A stretch of DNA of 63,492 bases, filler included, from Octopus bimaculoides (lineage: Eukaryota), in assembly GCF_001194135.2 (NCBI RefSeq). It is 6 parts of 6 records of this genome, joined end to end, with 100 filler letters (N's around TTAATTAATTAA, not from the genome) between each part and the next. Parts side by side here need not be neighbours in the genome. Positions count along the whole stretch, not along the records: positions 10,650 to 41,921 come from NC_068982.1; 5 more parts are not named here. One strand, given 5' to 3'. Each line of letters opens with the position of its first letter. The first letter of the stretch is position 1. Made by a program: the position numbers and the translations under genes. The notes beneath the pieces are model-generated. The model saw only the letters and a list, made by a program, of their open reading frames with translations. It did no database searches and had not been told where the DNA came from. Below are positions 25,750 through 36,362 of this stretch, piece after piece.

Positions 25750-26145
25750 AAGTGCACACTTGGCTTCCCAACCACATGGTTCGGAGTTCAGTCCCAGTGT
25801 GCGGTGCCTTAGGCAAGTGTCTTCTACTAGAGCCTCAGGCCAACCAAAGCCTTGAGAGTGGATTTATTAGATGGAAACTGAAAGAAGCCCATTATGTGTG
25901 CATGTGTATATCTTTGTGTCTGTGTCCTCCACTACCACTTGACAACCAGTGTTGGTGTGTTTACATCCCCATGACTTAACAGTTCAACTAAAGAGACCAG
26001 TAGGATAAGTATCAGTCTTAAGAAAAAGAGACTGATAGAAAAGTATCAGGCGTAAAAAATAAAGCCCTGGGGTCAATTCATTCAACTAAATTTCTTCAAG
26101 GCAGTGCCCCAGTATGGGCACAGTGTAATGTCAGAAACAAGTATG
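25750..26145 (+). mobile_element. SINE family A, diverged full copy
   Basis: Both modules recognisable. Confidence 0.75.
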
Positions 26146-26597
26146 ATGTGCTCTGAGTTACACGTTTCTGATCATTTAGCTGGTAATCTGAGCCTGTTTT
26201 TCCCTTGAAATATCTGTTGTTTAAATATATTTTGAAATATTATATGAAAGTTATGATGAAATTGCTTATCTTTATGTTATTTTTACAAAAACCTTGCCAG
26301 CAACACATGGTGAGTTTCAAGCTCACTATTTTCATTTCATTTCTGGCTCTGGTGGGAATATTTCAAACATCAAACTTCATGCAAGCAAGGCCACTCGGAT
26401 AACTTTCCTTATGAAATTGCATTGTTGAGCTTATGATCATGCTGGTGTCACGCAAAAGCCACCAGTGCGAATACCATGCAAAATGCACCACTGCTGGTGT
26501 AACATATAAAGTACCCATGCTGGTGCCATGAAAAAGGAGCCCATGCAGGTAACACAAATAAAGTACCTGTGTTGGTACCACGTACAAAGTACTATGC

Positions 26598-27005
26598 TCA
26601 TCATCATCATCATCATCATCGTTTAACGTCTGCTTTCCATGCTAGCATGGGTTGGACGATTTGACTGAAGACTGGTGAGCCAGAAGGCTACACCAGGTTC
26701 CAATCTGATTTGCCAGAGTTTCTATAGCTGGATGCCCTTCTTAACACCAACCACTCCAAGAGTGTAGTGGGTGCTTTTACGTGCCACTGGCACGCTCGAA
26801 ATGGTGTATTTTACGTGGCACCTGCACAAGAGCCAGTCCAGTGGTACTGACAACGAACTCGCTCGAATGTTTTTTCACGTGCCACTGGCACAAGTGCCAG
26901 GAAGGCGACATTGGTAACGATCATACTCAAATGGTGCTATTTACATGCCACCGTCACGGAAGCCAGACAGCTGGTGCTCTGGCAACGATCACGCTCGGAC
27001 GGTGC
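26598..27005 (-). mobile_element. RTE-tail repeat (family B) with four subrepeats; inverted partner at 27095-27277 (+)
   Basis: Reverse-complement match. Confidence 0.8.
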
Positions 27006-27290
27006 TCTGCGATATATAGAGCACTCATGTTGGATCGTGCACAAAGCACCTGTGTTGGTTCCATGTATAAACATCTATGCTACTGCTATATATAAAGCAC
27101 TGGCGCTGGTGCCATGTAAAAAGCACCCAGTGGTTGGTGTTAGGAAGGGCATCCAGCTGTAGAAGCTATGCCAGAACAGACGACTGGAGCTTGGTGCAAA
27201 TGTCTGACCTTACCAGTTCCTGCCAAACCATCCAACCCATACCAGCATGGAAAATGAACCTTAAATGATGATGATGATTAATCCAGGACA

Positions 27291-27331
<41 letters not shown>

Positions 27332-27335
<4 letters not shown>

Positions 27336-27529
27336 CTTTACTACCCACAAGGGGCTACACACAGAGGGGACAAACAAGGACAGACAAACGGATTAAGTTG
27401 ATTATATCGACCCTGAAAGGATGAAAGGCAAAGTCGACCTCGGCGAAATTTGAACTCAGAACATAGTGGCAGACGAAATACCGCTAAGCATTTCACCCGG
27501 CATGCTAGCATTTCTGCCAGCTCGTCGCC
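27332..27529 (-). mobile_element. SINE family C, full copy (tRNA-type head GGCGACGAGCTGGCAGAA)
   Basis: B-box-like GAGTTCAAATT; body matches the 6916 and 45476 copies. Confidence 0.85.
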
Positions 27530-28049
27530 ATGTGTGCGCATGTAATTGTGCATGCTTTACATCCTCTTTTCCATGCTTGCATGGGGCAAACAGAATTTGT
27601 TGAAGCACATTTTTCTACAGCCAGGTTCACTTCTTGTCACCAACTTTCACCCATTCCCAAAGGCACGTGTTTTCACAGAATATTGGAAATGAAGGACACT
27701 GTGTACAGGCATGGCCGTGTGGTTAAGAAGTTTGCTTTCCAACCACATGGTTTTGGGTTCAATCCAGTGATGGAGAATCTTGGGCATCCTGTGATTGTTG
27801 TAAATGAGCATCACCGTTTTACAAGCAGTTTCATTCGTTTCCAATATTCAACAAAAACATATCTGGTCATGAGGAAATGTTACCTTGTTTGGAAACCGGT
27901 GAGGCTTGACAAAGGGAAGGGCATCCTGACGGAAAATCTGCCTCAACAAATTCCTTCTGATCCATGCATGCCAAAGTGGATGTTAAAACAATGATGATGA
28001 TGATCATAACAGAATTGATATCCTAAAACCAAAGTGCCACATAAGAAGC

Positions 28050-28255
28050 ATTGGTGTCGGTGCCACATAAAAAGCACCCAGTACACTCTGTAAAGTGGAT
28101 GGCATTAGGAAGGGCAGCATCCAGCCAGAGAAACCATGCTAAAACAGACTATAGAACCTGGTGTGGACCCCTAGCCTTGACAATTCCTGTCAAACCATCC
28201 AACCCATGCCAGCATCGAAAATGGACATTAAATGATGATGATGATGATAATGATG
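28050..28255 (+). mobile_element. RTE-tail repeat (family B)
   Basis: Same motifs; a more diverged copy lies at about 27860-28005. Confidence 0.75.
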
Positions 28256-28356
28256 ATGTTTTCATTTTTTATTAAAATGTGAATCCCTACCAATTTTCTA
28301 CAGAATTTAGGGCCAGCAACGAAAGTTACATTTTATATATGAATATGCTTGGGCAC

Positions 28357-28493
28357 AGGAGTGGCTGCGTGGTAAGTAGCTGGCTTCCCAACCACATGGT
28401 TCCGGGTTCAGTCCCACTGCGTGGCACCTTGGGCAAGTGTCTTCTACTATAGCCTCGGGCCGACCAAAGCCTTGCGAGTGGATTTGGTAGATG
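28357..28493 (+). mobile_element. SINE family A head, CpG-intact (young) copy running into a gap
   Basis: GGAGTGGCTGCGTGGTAAG...CCTCGGGCCGACCAAAGCC. Confidence 0.85.
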
Positions 28494-29414
28494 NNNNNNN
28501 NNNNNNNNNNNNNNNNNNNNNNNNNNNNNNNNNNNNNNNNNNNNNNNNNNNNNNNNNNNNNNNNNNNNNNNNNNNNNNNNNNNNNNNNNNNNNNNNNNNN
28601 NNNNNNNNNNNNNNNNNNNNNNNNNNNNNNNNNNNNNNNNNNNNNNNNNNNNNNNNNNNNNNNNNNNNNNNNNNNNNNNNNNNNNNNNNNNNNNNNNNNN
28701 NNNNNNNNNNNNNNNNNNNNNNNNNNNNNNNNNNNNNNNNNNNNNNNNNNNNNNNNNNNNNNNNNNNNNNNNNNNNNNNNNNNNNNNNNNNNNNNNNNNN
28801 NNNNNNNNNNNNNNNNNNNNNNNNNNNNNNNNNNNNNNNNNNNNNNNNNNNNNNNNNNNNNNNNNNNNNNNNNNNNNNNNNNNNNNNNNNNNNNNNNNNN
28901 NNNNNNNNNNNNNNNNNNNNNNNNNNNNNNNNNNNNNNNNNNNNNNNNNNNNNNNNNNNNNNNNNNNNNNNNNNNNNNNNNNNNNNNNNNNNNNNNNNNN
29001 NNNNNNNNNNNNNNNNNNNNNNNNNNNNNNNNNNNNNNNNNNNNNNNNNNNNNNNNNNNNNNNNNNNNNNNNNNNNNNNNNNNNNNNNNNNNNNNNNNNN
29101 NNNNNNNNNNNNNNNNNNNNNNNNNNNNNNNNNNNNNNNNNNNNNNNNNNNNNNNNNNNNNNNNNNNNNNNNNNNNNNNNNNNNNNNNNNNNNNNNNNNN
29201 NNNNNNNNNNNNNNNNNNNNNNNNNNNNNNNNNNNNNNNNNNNNNNNNNNNNNNNNNNNNNNNNNNNNNNNNNNNNNNNNNNNNNNNNNNNNNNNNNNNN
29301 NNNNNNNNNNNNNNNNNNNNNNNNNNNNNNNNNNNNNNNNNNNNNNNNNNNNNNNNNNNNNNNNNNNNNNNNNNNNNNNNNNNNNNNNNNNNNNNNNNNN
29401 NNNNNNNNNNNNNN

Positions 29415-29712
29415 CGAATGGTGCTTTTTACATTCCACTGGCACGGGTGCTAGTCTGGTGGCACTGGCATCGACCACACTCAAATGGTGCATTTTACATG
29501 CCACTGGCACGGGTGCTAGTCTGGTGGCACTGGCATCGACCACACTCAAATGGTGCATTTTACATGCCACTAGCATGGGTGCCAGTCCGGTGGCACTGGC
29601 ATCGGCCACACTCAAATGGTGCTTTTTACATGCCACTAGCACGGGTGCCAGTCAGGAAGCACTCGAATTGGTCATGCTCAAATGGTGCTTTTCACATGCC
29701 ACCGGCATGGGA
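29415..29712. repeat. 66-bp minisatellite (at least 4 units) derived from the RTE-tail subrepeat
   Basis: Unit starts AATGGTGC at 29417, 29483, 29549, 29615 and 29681; abuts a 921-N gap. Confidence 0.9.
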
Positions 29713-30577
29713 AAAGGCACCATTCAAGCGTGGCCGATACCAGTGTTGCTTGACTGGCACCCATCGCAAAAAGGTAAGACACATTATTGACTTTTAAACC
29801 TTTTGATATATTTAGTAGCATGTTATTGGTTGCAAAGCAAAATCCGGTGTTCCTACCAGCAATTAATTTTCCTGTTATGTTTGGTGTAAAAAGAATTCTA
29901 TGAAACCAAGCACCAAATATGCAAAGTAAGTCACTTATAAAAGTAACCAATTCAAAGCTGTGTGGTACCATAGCAAAATAGGAAAGTTCAACAGAAACTC
30001 AGAAAGGGTAAATGTTTGTTACCAAAGCAATTTTAGCCAATAACATGGTGTATTCCTTATTTATTCATATATTCATCATAAGCACAGTCGTGGCTGTATG
30101 GTGTGACACTTGCTTCCCAGTTACGTTGTTCTAGGTTCAGTCCCACTGCATTGTAACTAGGGCAGTTGTCTTCTTTTCTACTTTAGGCACAAGGTCTGAA
30201 ATTTTGGGGGAGGGGGGGCAATCGCTTAAACTGATCCCAGTATGTAACTGGTACTTAATTTATTGACCCCCCCCCCCCNNNNNNNNNNATTTGAACTCAG
30301 AATGTAAAAACAGATAAAATACTGCTAGGCATTTTGCCTGGCGTGCTAACGTTTCTTATTTCTTTACTGCCCACAAGGGGCTACACACACAGGGGACAAA
30401 CAAGGCCAGTTCCCCATCCATAAAGGGCTTAGCGTTATGGTGTATCATCAGATCCCAAAACCTGAAGAGATTTTGGGCCAACAGGTTTTGGGATCTGACA
30501 ATACGCCATAAAGCTAAACCCTTTATGGACAAGAAATGTAAGGTAATTCCATAAACTAACTTTCCCCATTTTTAATA

Positions 30578-31100
30578 GGCGTAGGAGTAGCTGTGTGGTA
30601 AGTAGCTTGCTTACAAACCACATGGTTCTGGGTTCAGTCCCATTGCATGGCACCTTGGGCAAGTATCTTCTACTATAGCCCCTGGCTGACCAAAGCCTTG
30701 TGAGTAGATTTGGTAGACGGAAACTGAAAGAAGCCCGTCGTATACATATATATATATATATATATNNNNNNNNNNNNNNNNNNNNNNNNNNNNNNNNNNN
30801 NNNNNNNNNNNNNNNNNNNNNNNNNNNNNNNNNNNNNNNNNNNNNNNNNNNNNNNNNNNNNNNNNNNNNNNNNNNNNNNNNNNNNNNNNNNNNNNNNNNN
30901 NNNNNNNNNNNNNNNTGTCCCCCAACATCACTTGACAATCGATGCTGGTGTGTTTACGACCCCGTAACTTAGCGGTTCGGCAAAAGAAACCAATAGAATA
31001 AGTACTAGGCTTACAGAGAATAAGTCCTGGGGTCGATTTGCTCGACTAAAGGCGGTGCTCCAGCAAGGCTACAGTCAAATGACTGAAACAAGAGTAAAGA

Positions 31101-31101
<1 letters not shown>
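30578..31101 (+). mobile_element. SINE family A, full copy with gap in central microsatellite
   Basis: Head GGCGTAGGAGTAGCTGTGTGG; tail GACTGAAACAAGAGTAAAGAG. Confidence 0.85.
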
Positions 31102-31142
<41 letters not shown>

Positions 31143-31164
31143 GTATATATTTATACACATAGAC

Positions 31165-31320
31165 ATAATGGGCTTCCACACAGTTTCTGTCTATCAAATT
31201 CACTCACAATGCATTAGTCAGCCAGGAGCTATAGCAGAAGACACTTGTCCAAGGTGTTGTACAATGAGACTGAACCCCAAATCACATGGTTCTAAAGCAA
31301 GCTTCTTAACCACATGGACT
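31165..31320 (-). mobile_element. SINE family A head, inverted relative to the 30578 copy
   Basis: Reverse-complement match. Confidence 0.7.
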
Positions 31321-31630
31321 GGCCTGTCCCTCATGATAATCTTTCGAAACTGCTTTCTAAAATCTCACAGCAATCCTAATCAAGAGATGTATAAACTTGG
31401 CCAATGGTGGCTGTGGACCCTGTTTTCATCTTGATGTAAAAGGACCTGACAGCCAACAGGTCCCTGTGCATTGTGTGCTGCATATGTAGGGAGGTGGTTT
31501 TCTTGCAATTGCTCCCATCAATTGCCTTACTGCTATTGATCTCCATGGCTCTCTCGCATTACAGTGAGAATGCTACAGAATATATTCTCCCAAAAAGCAC
31601 CCATGATGGCACCATGTAAGAAGTACTTCC

Positions 31631-31816
31631 GCTGGCGCCAACTAAATAGCACCCAGTACGCTCTGTAAAATGGTTGCTGTTAGGAAGGGTATCCAGCCAT
31701 AGAAACCATGCCAAAACATACAACTGGAGTCTAATGCAGTTCTCCGGCTTGAGAACTGCTGTCAAACTGTCCAACCCATGCCAGCATGGAAAACAGACGT
31801 TGAATGATGATGATGA
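31631..31816 (+). mobile_element. RTE-tail repeat (family B), tail-to-tail with the 31827 copy
   Basis: Same motifs. Confidence 0.75.
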
Positions 31817-31826
31817 ATCTGTGTTT

Positions 31827-32308
31827 CATCATCATCATCATCATCATCATTTAGTGTCCGTTGTCCATGCTGGCATGGGTTGGACCGTTTGACCAGGGCT
31901 GGCCAGCTGGAAGGCTGATTTGGCATGGCTTCTATGGCTGGATGCCCTTCCTAACATCCAAGTGCTTTTATGTGCCACCGGCACAGGTGCCATTTGCATG
32001 ACACCATTATCTGCCACGGCTACGACTTTACCTGGTTTGATGGGTCTTCTCAAGCACAACTTAATACCAAAGGTCTCAGTCATTTATCATTGCCACCGTG
32101 AGGACCAACATTCAGGAGTTTTTCACATGCAATTGGCAATTTTGCCTCTGTGAGGCCCAATACTCAAAGGGTGTTTTTTACATGCCACTGGCACAGGTGC
32201 CAGTTACATGACACTAGCATCAGCCACGACCACAATTTCACTTGGCTTAATGGATCTTCTCAAGTACAGCATATCGCTAGTCATCGCTGTGAGGCCGAAA
32301 GTTCGAAC
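31827..32308 (-). mobile_element. RTE LINE 3' end: ORF C-terminus (duplicated in tandem) continuing into the (GAT)n-tailed repeat
   Basis: Minus strand VRTFGLTAMTSD...GCTGTACTTGAGAAGA... occurs twice, each followed by GTGCC(A/G)GTGGCA.(A/G)TAAAA, then TTAGGAAGGGCATCCAGC...AAATGATGATG. Confidence 0.65.
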
Positions 32309-32899
32309 ATCATAAAATAAAGGATTTTATTATTTATTCAGCAAAACATGTCTGGTTTATTTCCTAGATAAACACACACACATATGCTAATCTGTAAGCA
32401 AGAAGTGTGCATACATATCTGCTTTTTACTCGTTTCAGTCGCACAACTGCTGCCATGTAGGGGCTTTGCCTTGCAGAATGTTTGTTTTAACATTAATAAC
32501 TCTCAAAGACAGTAGTCCATGCACCCTAATTTAATATTTGTACTATCAATCTCTTTTGCTGAACTTCTAAGTTACAGGGACATAAACAAACCATCACCAG
32601 TTTTCAAGTGGTAGTAGGTGACAAACACTACAAACAAAAAGATACAGACATACATGCACAATGGGCTTCCTCGCTGTATCCAACTACAAAATTCACAAGG
32701 TATTGGTTGGCCCAGGGCTATAATAGAAGATACTTTTGCAAGATGCCATGCAGTGGGACTGAACCGAGAACCATGTAGTTACAAAGCAGACTTCTTAACC
32801 ACACAGCTAAGCGATACATATGTGAACACACATATTTGCTTTACTTCTTTTTTATTAATTTCAGGCCAAGAGCTGTGGTCATGCTGGGACACCACCATT

Positions 32900-33110
32900 A
32901 GCTTTGCTACACCTTCACTACTTGAAACCTCCTCTCCATATGTGGCATTTGGTGAATGAGGGGGTTTGATGCAGCTGCCCTCATCTGTGTTTCCTCCTGC
33001 TGCAAGGTGGGTTCATCCAGAACTCTTGAAAGGAGATCAAGTTCTGTTTTGAAGACACCTACATCCACCTCATGTAGGTCTCTCAGGTTTGGGGGGAAGG
33101 ATATTGGAGA
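32900..33110 (-). mobile_element. CR1-like LINE 3' remnant
   Basis: PPNLRDLHEVDVGVFKTELDLLSRVLDEPT...RAAASNPLIHQ. Confidence 0.55.
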
Positions 33111-33181
33111 GCATACATTTATGTATGTGTACATGCATAAATGTAAGGTAAAAAGATCTCAGTCAGTTTTGTCAGTGAACA

Positions 33182-33253
33182 TTCAGGTGCTCCCTTTCAG
33201 GTGGTCCCTTTCAAGTGCTTCCTTTCAGGTGCAACCTTTCAGGTGCTCCTTTC
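33182..33253. repeat. 14-bp tandem repeat x5, each unit containing an E-box
   Basis: TTCA(G/A)GTG.....CT units; CAGGTG at 33184, 33198, 33226, 33240 and CAAGTG at 33212. Confidence 0.85.
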
Positions 33254-33466
33254 TCACTGAATTAGAGAGCATGTGGTCGAGTATTCATTACCCTCATTTA
33301 ACATCCATGTTTCATATTTGCATGACTTGGACAATTTAACGAGGACCTGATGAGCTGAAGGACTGCTTCTTGCCCCAATGTCAGTTCTGACATGGTTTCT
33401 ACTTGATGTTGCCCTTACTCACGCAATCAGCATAACACAGTATCTGACAAGGATGGGTTGTCTTAA

Positions 33467-33497
<31 letters not shown>

Positions 33498-33779
33498 CAA
33501 ATTTTCACAAAGAGCTACAGGTCAGTTTCTGTCAACCTGCTTTTTTATTCATAAGGTTTGGTTCTTATGTAAGTCTATAGTGAAAGACAAACGCCAAAAG
33601 CGCCGTGCAGTGGAATCAAATCCTACATTGCAAAGTGAACTTCTTGCACCATACATCTGTACGTATACATACAGATGTATGCACACATGTAAATATACAC
33701 ACATTTACAGACACAGCAACATCTCCAACAGAAAAAAAAAGACTCATCATCTATCGTTCAAGTTAATAAAACCGAAAAT

Positions 33780-34560
33780 TGAAAAAACTCATTAGGGGAA
33801 CTAATGGAACTATATAAGAAATATAGAATAAAAACAAATAGGTTCTTATATCTCTCAAGAATCGTAGGAAATCTTGCCTAATACAACACCCACTAGTCGT
33901 TGAGAAGATTTTAATGGAAATTGAAACAAATAACACAGACCATGGGACGGAATAAACCAAATTTAAAATAAAACTAGATTGAAGGAGAGACTAGATTATA
34001 ATATGTCTTGTAGGTTATCACCATGAAATACAAGAGTAAGAATCCCAAAGCATGTATTTTCTTCTACAAAAAAGACAAAAAAATCATCAGCTGACAACAA
34101 ATGTAGGTTATGCCAAACCGAAACTGTTTAGATCAATGCCAAATTCAAAGAGAATGTCCCCTCGAGATATTACCTTCGGATGAAGTATATGATATGATAG
34201 GGCAATCTAAGATAATATTAGAAATAAAAAGATAACCAACAAGAACGAACACATTGAGATCGATGGATCGATTAAAAGATTAATGGTAGAATTTAAAATA
34301 AACAGCCACCATATTAAAATGAAACCAAACGGGGCCACAAAAAACATGGTCTGTTGTGGAAGCTAGTTCCCCACTTCACATTAAAGGGAAGAATACAGGA
34401 GAAAGAAGACATCAATGGACATCTATGAAAAGGAATTTGTGAATCCTGTAGCTATAATACACTTGATACCCATTATTATTGGAGTAACAGGATGTGTACC
34501 AACCCGCCCGGATCAAAGAATGGCCGAACAAAAGATTCCTATGAAATGAAGCTAGCTTAC
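33780..34560 (+). mobile_element. Older R4/Dong-like LINE remnant
   Basis: SADNKCRLCQTET (CCHC start) near 34090 and IPIIIGVTGCVP (RLE end) near 34465; heavily decayed. Confidence 0.5.
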
Positions 34561-36215
34561 ATAATTCGTACATTAACAGATGATCATCATCAGATCTGGG
34601 ACAATAAAAATCTGCAAGATACAAAGAGTGGATGCTTGCACAAAGATGAAGATAGCACTGACAGTTTTATAGATAGAAATAGTTCATATTAATAAGATGG
34701 AGTTGATCAGTCAAAATAGACAAAAAACTTCAACAAGAAAAAGAAAATGTGTACATACACGAACATATACACACATACATTATACACACATAGTACATGC
34801 ATACACACACACGTACATGTATACACATATATATATCAAACACGCACATGTGTGCACTTGTATGTAATAAACACACGTTCTTTTTCAGATAATGCAATAT
34901 ATTTTGCTTTGGATCAAGGTAAATTCTTTAAACGAATGGGGAAATTGTATTAATCTAACCCAGTATATAAATAACCCCAGTTATTGACCGAGGATAAAAA
35001 GGCAAACGAGGAATTGAAATGTGGGGCATTAAAAAAATACACCACTTTCGAAGGTCACCATGAAAATAACAATTAACATGGAATATCATAGCTTAAAAAT
35101 AGATGAAAGAACATGAATTTGAAAGTATTTACATGTGATTACTAAAAATTAAAATAAAAACAATTATAATTACAGTGGACACCTCTCATTTGCATTCTAT
35201 TTTTTATAATCAGTCATAAAAAAGAAAGTGATTTATGCAATGAGGTTTAATTGCTTTTGAATGAAATTTAAATGCAATTAATAGTTTGGAATGTTTACAT
35301 AAATGAATGCAAGACGTGACAGTTGCCAAATAATAAACAGAATCAACAACTTAATTAAAAAGAAGAAAACAAAAAATCATTAAAACTGCTGGAGTAAACA
35401 AGATTAGTTTAAAAAGAATCAACAGTAATTTAGTTAGAGAAATTAAAGATAGAACATCGAGAAGTAACCCTAAGTTTGATTTCAAATTAAAGAGAAAATT
35501 CCCCTCTAAAACGTTGACTTTCGAACGTATTTATTGTCAAAATGTTTAGGGGTGAAGTCAGAAGGTAGAATTTTTGGTGCCGAGGTGAAATATTATGGAA
35601 GTTTTAGTAGAAGCACGGTGCCTTCTGACTTATCAGAGAGAGAAGACGAGAAGGGGTAGAAAAAATATAACTTAGGAAGAAAGCTGAAGAAATGGGTTGG
35701 CTTATTTATTAAATAAATGGGTAGTTTATTTTATTACATTTCAAACAAACCAATATAATAAAAACGGTTCGGTTAAAGAATCTGTCAAGATGAATCGACC
35801 GAATTCTACAAAGTTTTCGTATGGCGAAAAATAATAATTGAAGGAGGCTTTACGATGGGGGGAAACAAATAAAGTAGAGGTGGGCACTGTTGATGAATTG
35901 TTGAAATAAAATAACATCACGTAGACCAAGGTAGAATTGGAGAGAAGAGAATTTTTTTCTAATATCATCTAAATCCCATTGCTGCTGCCACATTCGAAGT
36001 TCCATTATTTAAAAAGGAAATGTTGAGAATTGCTAACACACACCGAACCATTCACACACTCTTACATCTATTTATTTTCACTGAGTGTATATGCGTGTGT
36101 ATATTCTATCGTATCATATATACATGTGTGTATACATACATACATACATGTGCCTTGTGTATATATAAATAGATATAAATACACGTGTATATATTCGTTC
36201 GTATTATATATTGTA

Positions 36216-36257
<42 letters not shown>

Positions 36258-36331
36258 NNNNNNNNNNACACACACTACATAACTGTATCGGGTTATCGTT
36301 TGGAGTATAGCTAGTATTCCCAGACCTACAG

Positions 36332-36362
<31 letters not shown>

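Noticed and set aside
29415-29712. CRISPR-like array
   Set aside because: Pure tandem units with no unique spacers, in a eukaryotic genome, and derived from a retroposon tail.
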